Positions 9,824 through 19,582 of a DNA stretch of 64,000 bases are shown here, in pieces. Position 1 is the stretch's first letter. Each line of letters begins with the position of its first letter. The position numbers were made by a program, and so were the translations under genes. Below the pieces are notes generated by a model. It was not told the DNA's origin, ran no database searches, and saw nothing but the letters and a program-made list of their open reading frames with translations. The DNA comes from a bacterium (GTDB taxonomy: Bacteria > Zhuqueibacterota > Zhuqueibacteria > Zhuqueibacterales > Zhuqueibacteraceae): the NCBI GenBank assembly GCA_044869275.1, contig JBIOXB010000168.1, positions 1 through 64,000 on the forward strand, read 5' to 3'.

Positions 9824-10597
9824 TCACAGCACCACCTGAATCAACAGCATCAAGCAAAAGCCAAGCATAAACGCCCAGGCGATTTTTTCCGGCTTTTCAG
9901 AATGCAGCGCATCCGGAATCATTTCGAGCAGAATCAAAAACATCATTGCGCCGGCGGCAAAGCCCATGAGCACCGGCATGATCGGTTGAAAAAACCATGA
10001 CGCCAGGGCCGCAGGCACGGCGGCGATGGGCTGCGGCAGGCTGGTGAGCACCGCCGCCCAAAAACATCTCATGATGCTCGCGCCGGCCGCGCGCATGGGA
10101 ATCGCGACCGCCAGGCCCTCCGGAACGTTGTGAATGGCAATCGCCAGCGCAATATAAGAGCCGAGGTGGGTGTTGTAAACCTGTTCAGAAGCGTAACCCA
10201 CGCCCACCGCCACGCCCTCGGGAATACTGTGCACGCTCATCGCTAGGAAGATGAGAATTGCGGCACGATTGCCCCATCGCTTCCATGAAGCTTGTGCCAG
10301 ACGATCTTCATGCAGATAGCGATCGACGCTCCCCAAAAACACCGCGCCCAGCAGAATGCCGGTCAGCACCGGCAACACCTGCGACAAACTCATCTCTTGT
10401 TGTGACATCGTGAGGCCGGGCAGAATGAGATTGTACACCGAGGCTGCCAGCATCAATCCACCGGCAAAGCCATAGCCAATGCCGGTGCGGTTGGCCAAAT
10501 CAAGGCGCTTAAGCAGTAGCGGCAAAGCGCCGAGGCCGCAGGCCAGGCTGGCTAAAATTCCAGCGAGCAGGCTGCGGAGGAGGATGTCGTAGGGCAT
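9824..10597 (-). CDS. ZIP family metal transporter (GufA/ZupT-like)
   Basis: HSIPEGVAVG and IAIHNVPEGLAV motifs. Confidence 0.92.
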   Translation of the reverse strand: MPYDILLRSLLAGILASLACGLGALPLLLKRLDLANRTGIGYGFAGGLMLAASVYNLILPGLTMSQQEMSLSQVLPVLTGILLGAVFLGSVDRYLHEDRLAQASWKRWGNRAAILIFLAMSVHSIPEGVAVGVGYASEQVYNTHLGSYIALAIAIHNVPEGLAVAIPMRAAGASIMRCFWAAVLTSLPQPIAAVPAALASWFFQPIMPVLMGFAAGAMMFLILLEMIPDALHSEKPEKIAWAFMLGFCLMLLIQVVL

Positions 10598-10928
10598 AGA
10601 GTTAGTTCATTTCGAACCTGAGGCGTACAAGAATGCAATCCTCGGCTCATCCCATTGTTCACAAGACATGCGAATGACTATCGGAAACCGTGAAGGCAAA
10701 AGAATTCGATGGCAAAATGATTGAAGGACGGCGGCATAGTTCGTATCCTGCTGTGCATGAAAGTGCAGAATAATACGATGGTTTGCAAGGAAGAAGTGCT
10801 GTAAATGTGTGGAGAAACTGTGAAAGAATTGCGGAATATTGCATCGAATTGAGAGAACCAATTGCTTGAAACTTGGCAGGTGGATCGGGCCATTTGGAAT
10901 ATTCGGCGAAAATATTTAGGTTAGTGCC

Positions 10929-12680
10929 ATGAAACATTCTCCTGCTGAAAACGAACGATCGCAGCAGCCGGGATTTACCGCACGCGCGGCAGTGATCGCG
11001 GTGGCGCTGTCTCTGTTTTTGCTCGCGAGCTCATCTTACATCGCCATCAAAATCGGCGCAATGCCCTGGCCGATCATTTTCTCCGTGATCGTAGCCGGTG
11101 GCATTTTGAGATTGAGCGGCAAGTTGACGAATGTTCACGAAATCAACGTGGCGCAAGCGGGGGCGAGTGTGGGCGGGCTGGTCGCTTCGGGCCTGGTCTT
11201 CACCATTCCAGGCATTCTTTTTTTGAATAACACGCAAGGGCTGAATATCGCATGGCCGAGCGCATGGATGCTGGCTTTGATCGCGGTGTCCGGCGGCGTG
11301 CTCGGCGTCGTGTTGTCCATTCCTCTGAAAAAAACTTTTGTAGATGAAGAGAATTTGCCCTATCCCGCCGGCATGGCGGGCGCGGAGTTGTTGTTGCTGG
11401 GCAAACAGGGCGGGAAAATGCTCTTTGCCATCATCGCCATCGGCGCGGCAGCGGGCGTTTTTGCGTTGTTGCGGGACATGTATTTTCCGGCAGGATTCAG
11501 CCTCACCTCGTTGGCGATGTTCGGGATTTTCTTGACGCTATATCCGATGCCACTGGCGATCAGCGGCGGCTACATTCTCGGACCGAGAGCCGGCTTCTCG
11601 TGGTTGGGCGGTGCCGTTTTGGGATGGTTGTTGCTCATTCCCTTGCTCGTCAATCGGCAATTCACTTCTTCTTCGGCGATTGCTTGGGCACAGAATCTGG
11701 GCATGGGCATGGTGCTGGGTTCGGGTCTCGGTTTCTTTATGAGCTATATCGTGCCGCGCTTCAAGGCAATTTTTTTGCCGTTGCTGCAAAGCCAGCGCAA
11801 TTACGCGATTTTCTTGCCGCTAATTTCAGCGTTGTCGGCAATCGTGCTGATGATTTCGGGTGTGCCCGCTTTGGCCGCCGGCCTGGCGGTGCTCGGCGTT
11901 TGGGTGATGGTGGCAGTCGCTGCGCGCATGACCGGCGAGACCAATATCGATCCGCTGGAGCAATTCGGCATCTTCGTGGGCCTGGTCATTGCCGTTGTTT
12001 TCTCAGCCTTGGCGCTGACCCTCAGCCCATTCGCTTCCTTCATGATCGTCGCCTTTGTGAGCGTGGCCTGCGCCGTGGCCGGCGATATCGGGCATGATTA
12101 CAAATCCGCGCAAATCGTGGGCACGAGATTCATGGACATCGTCAAAGTCGATTTGATCGCCGTCGTTTTTGTCGGTTTGGCGGCGCCGTTCGTGCTGGAA
12201 TTGATCAAGAAAAGTTTCGCCCTCCAGCTTTTCACACCACTCATGCCCGCGCCGCAAGCAAGATTGGTAGCCGGCAGCATTTTCGGTTTTCAATATCCGC
12301 ATGTGTTTCTCGGGGGCCTGGGGATCGCTTTTCTCTTTGAAGTCATCAACGCCTTGCTGCCAGAAAAACGGCGCAACAAGATTTTGATGATGCCGCTGGG
12401 CATCGGCTTGTTTCTCGGCATGGGCCTGGCGCTTCCCATGGCAATCGGCGCGGTTATTCGCCTCGTTATGGATAGGAAGTATCCGCATGCTTATCATGCG
12501 GCTTTATTGATCGCCGCGGGCGTCATGGGTGGAGAAGGCATTGCCGGGTTCACCGCCGGCGCATTAACCACCACCGGCGTCGATTTCACCAACATCGCGT
12601 ACACGCTGTTGGTTTTGTTCGTGGTCATCGGGCTCACGGCGTTTATGCTTTATTTGAGAGAAAAACCGCCAAGCAAATAA
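10929..12680 (+). CDS. OPT/YSL family oligopeptide transporter
   Basis: Polytopic membrane protein; EINVAQ, LPYPAG, GETNIDP and APQA motifs. Confidence 0.85.
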   Translation: MKHSPAENERSQQPGFTARAAVIAVALSLFLLASSSYIAIKIGAMPWPIIFSVIVAGGILRLSGKLTNVHEINVAQAGASVGGLVASGLVFTIPGILFLNNTQGLNIAWPSAWMLALIAVSGGVLGVVLSIPLKKTFVDEENLPYPAGMAGAELLLLGKQGGKMLFAIIAIGAAAGVFALLRDMYFPAGFSLTSLAMFGIFLTLYPMPLAISGGYILGPRAGFSWLGGAVLGWLLLIPLLVNRQFTSSSAIAWAQNLGMGMVLGSGLGFFMSYIVPRFKAIFLPLLQSQRNYAIFLPLISALSAIVLMISGVPALAAGLAVLGVWVMVAVAARMTGETNIDPLEQFGIFVGLVIAVVFSALALTLSPFASFMIVAFVSVACAVAGDIGHDYKSAQIVGTRFMDIVKVDLIAVVFVGLAAPFVLELIKKSFALQLFTPLMPAPQARLVAGSIFGFQYPHVFLGGLGIAFLFEVINALLPEKRRNKILMMPLGIGLFLGMGLALPMAIGAVIRLVMDRKYPHAYHAALLIAAGVMGGEGIAGFTAGALTTTGVDFTNIAYTLLVLFVVIGLTAFMLYLREKPPSK

Positions 12681-12786
12681 CTTTCCCATTTCTCAAACCG
12701 CGAAGGGACGCTAATAAACACGAATTGAGAACATATTAGCGTACATTCGCGCTTATTAGCGGTTTCAAAAAACGGGCAAGTTATTT
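12675..12786. repeat. ~112-bp palindromic MITE/REP-like element, family A, copy 1
   Basis: Ends AAATAACTT...AAGTTATTT; reverse complement aligns with 18141-18252 and 15987-16080. Confidence 0.85.
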
Positions 12787-12806
12787 AAACGGGGATCCTG
12801 CGCGAC

Positions 12807-12841
12807 TGCTGGAATTTGAAAAAGATTCCTCCAGAATGACA
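12807..12841. repeat. right half of a REP-like family B element
   Basis: TGCTGGAATTTGAAAAAGATTCCTCCAGAATGACA resembles 39421-39455. Confidence 0.6.
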
Positions 12842-12885
12842 GCAAAACAGGGCCAATCTGATTTCCACCGAAAATGCAAAAAAAA

Positions 12886-15066
12886 TCAAATCCGGAACAA
12901 CCGGGTAAATTTAAGAATGATCTCGCGATTGCGCGCGGGCAGGCCGTCGGAGAGATCTTGGCCCTCGCGGCCGCGGTTTTCGTTATAGACGATGAACAAA
13001 TCGCTGCCGGGACTATGAATGAAGTTCAGCCGCGCGTTGGTGCTGAAGTCGTTGGTTTCGCTGTTGTATTGCATCAGGGTGTTGAGAAAAAGCCGGGTGC
13101 TGAAACCCAAATTCAAGCGCAACGCGAACAGACCGGTCTCCAGCCGGCCTTGGGGCAAATCGACGTTGTTGCGATCGTAATTCAGGAGGAATGAAACGTG
13201 GGCATTTGGGCTATAACCCATGCCGCCACCCCAGTTGAATAATTTCCCGTCATAAAATTCTCGCCATAAAACGTTGCCGAACGCGGTTAGCTTGCGTTTG
13301 GCGCTGCTTTGAAAATCGGCATTGACCGAGTTGTTATAGTAATCACCCACGGGAATAATCAGTTCCGGGCGGAATTCAAAGGGCTGGTCCAGCCGCTCGA
13401 AAATGCGGCTTCCGCCGAAGTTGAGATTGTCGCCACTGGACAATTCATTGAAAAACGTCACGCTATAGCTCCAATCTTGCAGCCGGCCATCACGATTATC
13501 GATGTGGTTCAAGTTTTGAAAAACGTTGGTGCGCCGCAAAAAGCTGCCGTTGGGCTGCGGGCTGACGCGAAAAGTCAACACCGTGCGCCGCGCGTCCGGC
13601 CGCAGAACAAATCCGATGGCAGGATCGAAATCCTTGTCGATGCGCATGTGCGAAGCGAACCAGCCCCAGTGATCTTTCGTGAAATCCAGCCCCAGCTTCC
13701 AGGCGCGTTTATTCTCGCCGCCGGGCGAATCGTGCGTTTGCACGAAAAAAGGCTGAAAGGCCAGGGGGCTGCTCAGCCAGAGATTGGCATCGACCCCGTA
13801 GGCTTGCTGGCTGTTTTGATCAAGATTCGCGCGATTGGTGAACATCACGCCGATCTTGGAGCGTTGAAAAACGTCCCGGTTCACGCGCACCACGGAGAAA
13901 TTTGATTTGGGGTGCTCTTCTAAATCGTCCGTCAAAATATTCAGCAAACCGACGTCGAAGTTTCCCACTTTGCCGGTTAAGCGGCCGCCGGCAATGATCG
14001 GCACGATTTGATCGTAGCCCTCGATGCCGATACGGCGGCTGTAAAAAAGCAGAATCGGCGGCGGGCCGAAAAAACCCGGCTCGCCGAATTGATAAATGCT
14101 GGCGTTCTCCAAAAAGAATTCGCGCTTCTCCGGAAAAAACAGCGGAAAGCGCGTCAAATTAATTTGCGCGACGTCGGCTTCTACTTGTGCGAAGTCCGTG
14201 TTTACGGTCGCGTCGAGCGTGAGATTTGAAGTGACGCCGTACTTGGCGTCCAGACCCAGGTCAAATTCTTCATTCGCGGAGGGCGCGGCCGTGAGCAAAT
14301 CATCTCTTTGCGCTTTTCCCAGCGCATAGGGTTTCACCTGTAAATTCCGCCCGGGGTCTAAACCCTGCAAATCGAGCAAAACGCCGGCGCGCGAAACGCG
14401 GAGAAAGCCGCCATTATCGTCGCGCGACCATGAGGCCCAATTCACCTGTTCGGTTTTGCGTTTGATCAGGCGCGTGAAATTGACGCCCCAGCTTTGCTGA
14501 GGCTGGGTATGAAATTTCAAATTCCACAATGGAATTTTGAATTCCGCGGACCAGCCGTGCTCGTGGGTTTGCGCGCGCACTTGCCACACGCCGTCCCAGT
14601 CCAAGTCGATATCGAAGGCGCCGTCCACGAATTGGCCGTCTTCCTCCACGCCGTTGGGGTTGGTGGCAAAAAAATAGGCGTTGCGATGATCGTGATATGT
14701 GTCCAAAGCCAGGGCGAACATGTCGTCGTCGCTCAAGCCGCTGTCGCGCTGCAATTTTTGCGCGACGATCCTTTGCGGCTCGGTGTCGAAACACATCACG
14801 CCAATAAACAAGTTGGCGCCATCGTACAAAATCCGCACTTCCGTTTTCTCCGTTGCGGGTTGGCCTTCCGCGGGTTGATATTGGAAAAAATCGGAGGCGA
14901 CAGCCGCTTGTTGCCATTCGGCTTCGGATAAAAGGCCGTCGAGATCGAGGCCGGAATGAATGCGCAGCGCGCGCAGTTGCGGCGGGGCTGGATCACTGGC
15001 CGAGGCGAACACGCCGGCAACCGCAAGCCAGAACGCGCCGAGTTGTGCCAAAAGTTTTGAGATCAT
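12886..15066 (-). CDS. CBM9-like/DUF5916 outer-membrane protein
   Basis: LDGLLSEAEW, DTYHD.RNAY.F.TNP.G, TVNTDFAQVEAD and LFFPEKREFFLE motifs. Confidence 0.85.
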   Translation of the reverse strand: MISKLLAQLGAFWLAVAGVFASASDPAPPQLRALRIHSGLDLDGLLSEAEWQQAAVASDFFQYQPAEGQPATEKTEVRILYDGANLFIGVMCFDTEPQRIVAQKLQRDSGLSDDDMFALALDTYHDHRNAYFFATNPNGVEEDGQFVDGAFDIDLDWDGVWQVRAQTHEHGWSAEFKIPLWNLKFHTQPQQSWGVNFTRLIKRKTEQVNWASWSRDDNGGFLRVSRAGVLLDLQGLDPGRNLQVKPYALGKAQRDDLLTAAPSANEEFDLGLDAKYGVTSNLTLDATVNTDFAQVEADVAQINLTRFPLFFPEKREFFLENASIYQFGEPGFFGPPPILLFYSRRIGIEGYDQIVPIIAGGRLTGKVGNFDVGLLNILTDDLEEHPKSNFSVVRVNRDVFQRSKIGVMFTNRANLDQNSQQAYGVDANLWLSSPLAFQPFFVQTHDSPGGENKRAWKLGLDFTKDHWGWFASHMRIDKDFDPAIGFVLRPDARRTVLTFRVSPQPNGSFLRRTNVFQNLNHIDNRDGRLQDWSYSVTFFNELSSGDNLNFGGSRIFERLDQPFEFRPELIIPVGDYYNNSVNADFQSSAKRKLTAFGNVLWREFYDGKLFNWGGGMGYSPNAHVSFLLNYDRNNVDLPQGRLETGLFALRLNLGFSTRLFLNTLMQYNSETNDFSTNARLNFIHSPGSDLFIVYNENRGREGQDLSDGLPARNREIILKFTRLFRI

Positions 15067-15533
15067 GAATGCTTCTGCCCTCACGCTGAAGTTTGTTTGT
15101 CATATGGTACGCAAGCAATCAGAAAATACACACACTGCTGGTAAATTTCAAATGAGGGACTTGTCGCAGCGGCCCACCGTTCAATTTGCACGCCGGCGCT
15201 TCGCATTTGCTAATCGTCAAAAAGCACTTGCGACAATGCCCTGCATTTCGTAGCAAAAGACGTTTGTGCTTCCTCGTCTTATTAAAGAATTTTCTGATAA
15301 TGTTTAATAGGGAAAATAGCGGGTTTGCCGCGAAACTGATTTTATCGAAGGGAAAGCCAAAGATTCGTGAACTTTCGCGCCTGTGGCAAACGGTACAAAA
15401 ACCGTCTGGCACAACGCAGGCGATTGGGATAATTCCTGGAGGTGACCTATTGATCCAAGAATCCATTGATCCAAAAATCCAGTTTTACGTTCAACTCATT
15501 TTCATCATCAATTTTCAAGGCAAGGAGGTTGTT

Positions 15534-15905
15534 ATGGCTGCACCGGTGGTTCATTTCGAAATCATGGGCAAAGATGGCCTAAAGCTGCAGAAGTTTTATG
15601 CGGAATTGTTCGGCTGGAAAATTCAAAACATGGCCGAGATGGGCAATTACGGCATGTCGGATACCGGCACACAAGGAGATAAAGTCGGCACCGGCAGCAT
15701 CAATGGCGGCGTGGGCGGCACGCAGCCAGGCGCGCCGAACTGTGTCACGGTCTATATCCAGGTGAAGGACATTGACGCGCACCTGAAAAAAATCAACGCT
15801 GCAGGCGGCAAAACCGTCATGCCCAAAACCGAAATTCCCAATGTGGTCACCTTTGCGCAATTCAAGGATCCCGAAGGGAATATCGTGGGGTTGGTGCAGC
15901 GGTGA
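15534..15905 (+). CDS. VOC/glyoxalase family protein
   Basis: AAGGAGG RBS; PVVHFEI..FY..LFGW; DPEGNIVGL. Confidence 0.9.
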   Translation: MAAPVVHFEIMGKDGLKLQKFYAELFGWKIQNMAEMGNYGMSDTGTQGDKVGTGSINGGVGGTQPGAPNCVTVYIQVKDIDAHLKKINAAGGKTVMPKTEIPNVVTFAQFKDPEGNIVGLVQR

Positions 15906-15926
15906 GGTAAAGTTTTCTCATGCTCA

Positions 15927-15956
15927 AGGCGGCTCAGTCGCAAGACTGAGCCGCCT
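15927..15956 (+). terminator. stem-loop after the VOC gene
   Basis: AGGCGGCTCAGTC-GCAA-GACTGAGCCGCCT, perfect 13-bp stem. Confidence 0.6.
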
Positions 15957-15986
15957 GGGATTTTATCCTGCTCAAGCGCGCCGTTC

Positions 15987-16080
15987 ACATAACGTGCCCT
16001 TTTTTTGAAACCGCTAATTAACGCGAATGTGCGCTAATATGTTCTCCATTCGCGTTTATTAGCGTTCATTCGCAGTTTAA
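15987..16080. repeat. family A element, copy 2 (right end degenerate)
   Basis: GAAACCGCTAAT..CGCGAA..CGCTAATATGTTCTCCATTCGCGTTTATT core shared with copy 3. Confidence 0.8.
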
Positions 16081-16386
16081 GGTAACATTGTCCAGCTAAC
16101 TTTGATGAGCGAAACTCCTGTCAAATGATGTACTGCTTGGGGCTCATGGATTGTACCTCAGCGTTCACCTCTCACCTCGAAAACTGCCTGAACAACATCC
16201 CGCAAAAAGATCGTATAAGTTTATTTGGTGACAGTGGCTTTTCTCAACGCCTTCGAAAGAACGACTGATCACCCGGGTTAATTTCATGCTGATCAGAAAG
16301 ATGTTCCAGCTTTGATCGCGCCGCCTGGAGTTTTTCCACGCGCCCTTCCTGTTTTTGATCGCGGCCGTCATGCTAATCCTTCCCGG

Positions 16387-16402
16387 CTGGCATATCGCTT
16401 GC
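16387..16402 (+). promoter_or_regulatory. sigma54 -24/-12 promoter
   Basis: CTGGCATATCGCTTGC = GG-N10-GC with TGGCA/TTGC consensus, ~150 bp before the lipoprotein start. Confidence 0.7.
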
Positions 16403-16549
16403 GTTAGAAAGAAATAAATCCAGTCAAGCTGTTCATGCGGCAGCGAAAAAACGCATGCTCTGCACTGGCATGCCAACGAACGCGATCGGCAGAGTTGCAG
16501 CAAACGAATAATTCAGCAATTCACTCACAACCATTTCGAGGAAGAAGAA

Positions 16550-17434
16550 ATGAAACATGCTTTTTGGATGAGGATGGCGGCGACCGCGATGGCGGCGCTG
16601 GTGCTGGCGGGGTGCGACAAGAACGATCCGGTTTCTTCCGGGGACAACAGCACGATGGCCACGGAAGATGCGGCGGAATCCATTGCGAGCGCGGTGGGGT
16701 CCGACAACGGCGGTGCGATGGATCAACTTGCGGATGTCGTGGAGCTGGCCAGCATCACCGGCATTCAAGGGCAAGAGGCAGGGGCGCTGGGTAAAGCAGG
16801 CGAAGCCGCAGACATTGATACGACCTATGATCCCGGCACGGGCATGTGGACTGTAATCATTTCGCGCGAGCGCGGCAATCCCGACGGCCTTTATTACGCC
16901 GCTTTCAGCAGGACTTACACCTATCAATTCTTGAACAAAGACGGCCAGCCGCAAAAGTATTGGCGGGTGCGCAATGGCGCGCAGATTGATACGGCCTACA
17001 CGATCAAGTTCAACATTGTCGAAGGCACGGGCACGCACCACACGCCGCGCCTGTCGCAACAACTCACGGATTTGAGCGGGGCATTCACGGCCACGGGTAC
17101 GAATACGCCACTACTCACTATCAACGGTACGTATTCCCGCTCCGCCGTGGATACCATCACCACGCGCAATGCCGTGCGTACGCTCGATCACACGCTGTCA
17201 TTGAATTTCATCGACATCAAAATTCCGCGCGGCAGCCGCGTCAATTTCTCCAATCAAATCACCGGCACGATCACCGGTAACTATACCGCAACCGCGACGT
17301 TCACGCGCGGCAACTTGTATACCGAGAAAAACATCAATCGCGATTTCACCATCACGCTGGGAGACGGTAACGCCCGCATCAAGATTCGCGGCTTCAACTA
17401 TGTCGGCGATTTGCTGCGCGGCGAGTTGAGGTGA
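16550..17434 (+). CDS. hypothetical lipoprotein (Thr/Gly-rich, predicted beta-rich)
   Basis: Signal peptide ending in LAGC lipobox; GAGG RBS. Confidence 0.75.
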   Translation: MKHAFWMRMAATAMAALVLAGCDKNDPVSSGDNSTMATEDAAESIASAVGSDNGGAMDQLADVVELASITGIQGQEAGALGKAGEAADIDTTYDPGTGMWTVIISRERGNPDGLYYAAFSRTYTYQFLNKDGQPQKYWRVRNGAQIDTAYTIKFNIVEGTGTHHTPRLSQQLTDLSGAFTATGTNTPLLTINGTYSRSAVDTITTRNAVRTLDHTLSLNFIDIKIPRGSRVNFSNQITGTITGNYTATATFTRGNLYTEKNINRDFTITLGDGNARIKIRGFNYVGDLLRGELR

Positions 17435-17479
17435 TGGCTTAGCGCGTCATACCGGCGAGTACTGCCGCAACGGAAAAAG

Positions 17480-17527
17480 AAACCACAAAGCCTGGAGCGA
17501 AAAGATGCGCTCCGGGCTTTGTGGTTT
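17480..17527. terminator. probable bidirectional terminator hairpin
   Basis: AAACCACAAAGCCTGGAGCG...CGCTCCGGGCTTTGTGGTTT between convergent genes. Confidence 0.65.
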
Positions 17528-17706
17528 GATATGCTGAGAGAACCAAACACAGAAAAACCCCGCAGCGGCAGGACTGAAATTTCCAGACAGGATTAACAAG
17601 ATTTACAGGATGAGGATCGATCTTGTTCATCTCGTAAAACCTGTCGAAAAAGAAGCGGCCGCACAGCGGCTTCTGTTTCAGCTTGGCGGAAAACTAGTGT
17701 ACCAGA

Positions 17707-18138
17707 TTACTGTGCGGAGCCGCTGTACTTCTTTTCAATCATCTTGACGAGCTCTTCATCGCTCTTCTCTTGCAGCCGCGGATACTTTTTGCGAAACATA
17801 TTCAAGATTTCCTCGTCCGTGGATTTGCTTGCACTTGGCACGGCAGAGCGAAAGTTGGGAAGGGCGGTTGCCGTTTCAAATTCCATCCCTTCATCAACGG
17901 AAGGGGCCCCTTGCGCCTTCTGCATGCCTTCCTGATTTCCTTCCACCGTCATCGTTGCAGGAACAATGCTGACTAATCCAGTGAGAGAGCCGATTAGAAG
18001 ATCGACAAAGGAGTGTTGGGTCTTAACTCTTACCTCCTTCAAATCGTTTTCTGTAATGATTTTTTCCGGAGAATTGCTGGAAATCGGCACGGCGCCCCAG
18101 AGCGCATACCAGACTTTTTGAGATTTTAAGATCGCCGT
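17707..18138 (-). pseudogene. 5'-truncated Bor/Iss-like lipoprotein gene
   Basis: KVWYALWGAVPIS..TQHSFVDLLIG..PATMTVEG is Bor-like; upstream the frame meets a TAA at the family A element; no signal peptide. Confidence 0.55.
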
Positions 18139-18140
18139 TT

Positions 18141-18252
18141 AAATAACTTGTCCGTTTGTTGAAACCGCTAATGAACGCGAAAGCACGCTAATATGTTCTC
18201 CATTCGCGTTTATTCGCGTCCATTCGCGGTTTGAAAAATGGGAAAGTTATCT
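18141..18252. repeat. family A element, copy 3
   Basis: AAATAACTTG...AAAGTTATCT; inverted relative to copy 1. Confidence 0.85.
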
Positions 18253-18285
18253 AAATCTCAATCCTTAGTTTTGACCTTCCCTCAC

Positions 18286-19461
18286 TCATTCCACCTGCAA
18301 CAGCCACGCTTGCAAATACCGCCCTTCGGGATGGTAAACGCTGAAAGGATGGTCGGCGGCGTGGCCGCGGTGGCCCAGAATGCGCACAAACCTTTTTGCA
18401 TCTGCGGCGGCGCCAAACAGGATTTTTTGGAAGAGATCCGGAGACACGGGCTGTGAGCAGGAACAAGACAAGAGCAGCCCGCCCGGCAAGATGATTTTCA
18501 TGGCGCGCAGATTGACGTCTTTGTATGCGCGCGCGGCGTTTTCCACGTCCTTTTGCCGATGCGCAAAAGCTGGCGGATCCAAAATGATGAAATCGAATTG
18601 CTGCGTCGTGGCGCGCAAAAATTGAAACATGTCGGCAACGACAAAATCTTCCTCCTCCACCGGCAGATCATTCAATGTGAAATTCCTTTTCGCCCAGAGC
18701 ATGGCGGTGCTGGAAGAATCGACGGACACCACCTGCGCCGCACCCGCCTTGGCGGCATAAACCGAAAACCCGCCGGAATACGCAAAACCGTTGAGAATGC
18801 TCCGGCCGGGAGAGAGTGTGGCCGCCCACTGCCGATTTTCGCGCTGATCCAAAAAGAATCCCGTTTTTTGCCCTTCGCGGAGATGCGCTTCGAAGCGCAG
18901 GCCGTTTTCCAAAATTTCAACCGCAGCGGGAGGCTCTTCGCCGGACAGAGTTTGCAGCACCGGTTCCAATCCCTCTTCGCGCAGAGCCGCGCCCGTGCTG
19001 CGCTCGAAAATACCGCGCGGCCGGAAAATGTTCTGCAGGCTCGTCACGATTTCAGCGCGCCGTTGCGCCATGCCGAACGCACTGATTTGAACGGCCAAAT
19101 AGTCCGCGTATCGATCGGCAATCAGACCCGGCAGGCCATCCCCCTCCGCATTGATGACGCGATAGGCCCCGGTGTGCTCTGCGAACATGGGTTGCCGCAG
19201 TTGCATGGCTGCGGCAATTTTCTTTTGAAAGAACGCCTGCGCCACGGGCTCATCCTGCCACGTCAACATGCGGCAAACGATTTGCGAATGGGGATTGTAG
19301 AATCCGCGGCCGATGAAGCTGCCATCGCTCGCGCACACGCTCACGATCTCGCCGGTCTGTGGCTGGTCTGCCACGCGCGCCACTGCGCCGGAGAAAATCC
19401 ATGGATGAAAGCGCCGCACCGAGCGGTCGCGATCGGGTTTGAGATAAAGATTGGGCGTCAT
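18286..19461 (-). CDS. rlmI: RlmI-like SAM-dependent rRNA methyltransferase
   Basis: HPWIFSG PUA domain, EGDGLPGL, GQKTGFFLDQRENR, ILDPPAF, SCS. Confidence 0.85.
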   Translation of the reverse strand: MTPNLYLKPDRDRSVRRFHPWIFSGAVARVADQPQTGEIVSVCASDGSFIGRGFYNPHSQIVCRMLTWQDEPVAQAFFQKKIAAAMQLRQPMFAEHTGAYRVINAEGDGLPGLIADRYADYLAVQISAFGMAQRRAEIVTSLQNIFRPRGIFERSTGAALREEGLEPVLQTLSGEEPPAAVEILENGLRFEAHLREGQKTGFFLDQRENRQWAATLSPGRSILNGFAYSGGFSVYAAKAGAAQVVSVDSSSTAMLWAKRNFTLNDLPVEEEDFVVADMFQFLRATTQQFDFIILDPPAFAHRQKDVENAARAYKDVNLRAMKIILPGGLLLSCSCSQPVSPDLFQKILFGAAADAKRFVRILGHRGHAADHPFSVYHPEGRYLQAWLLQVE

Positions 19462-19582
19462 GTGAGAGCCGGTCAAGAACACCAACCTTTCCGCTATTCA
19501 GTTGCTGCCATTCGGGAGGAATTTTGCCAAGAAATGTTTCGGCGGCATGGGAAAGATACGCACTGCGACGACAAGAGCGCGC

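Noticed and set aside
10600..10928. Short ORFs and a possible metal-regulator box upstream of the ZIP gene
   Set aside because: The ORFs lack coding features, and the TGCGGAATATTGCA palindrome is too weak to call
12675..18252. Family A repeats read as integron attC sites (TAAC...GTTA ends, stop codon in the left end)
   Set aside because: The copies are in opposite orientations, flanking genes are not cassette-like, the ends do not fit RYYYAAC/GTTRRRY and no integrase is present
12675..18252. CRISPR interpretation of the short tandem units
   Set aside because: No regular repeat-spacer periodicity and no cas genes
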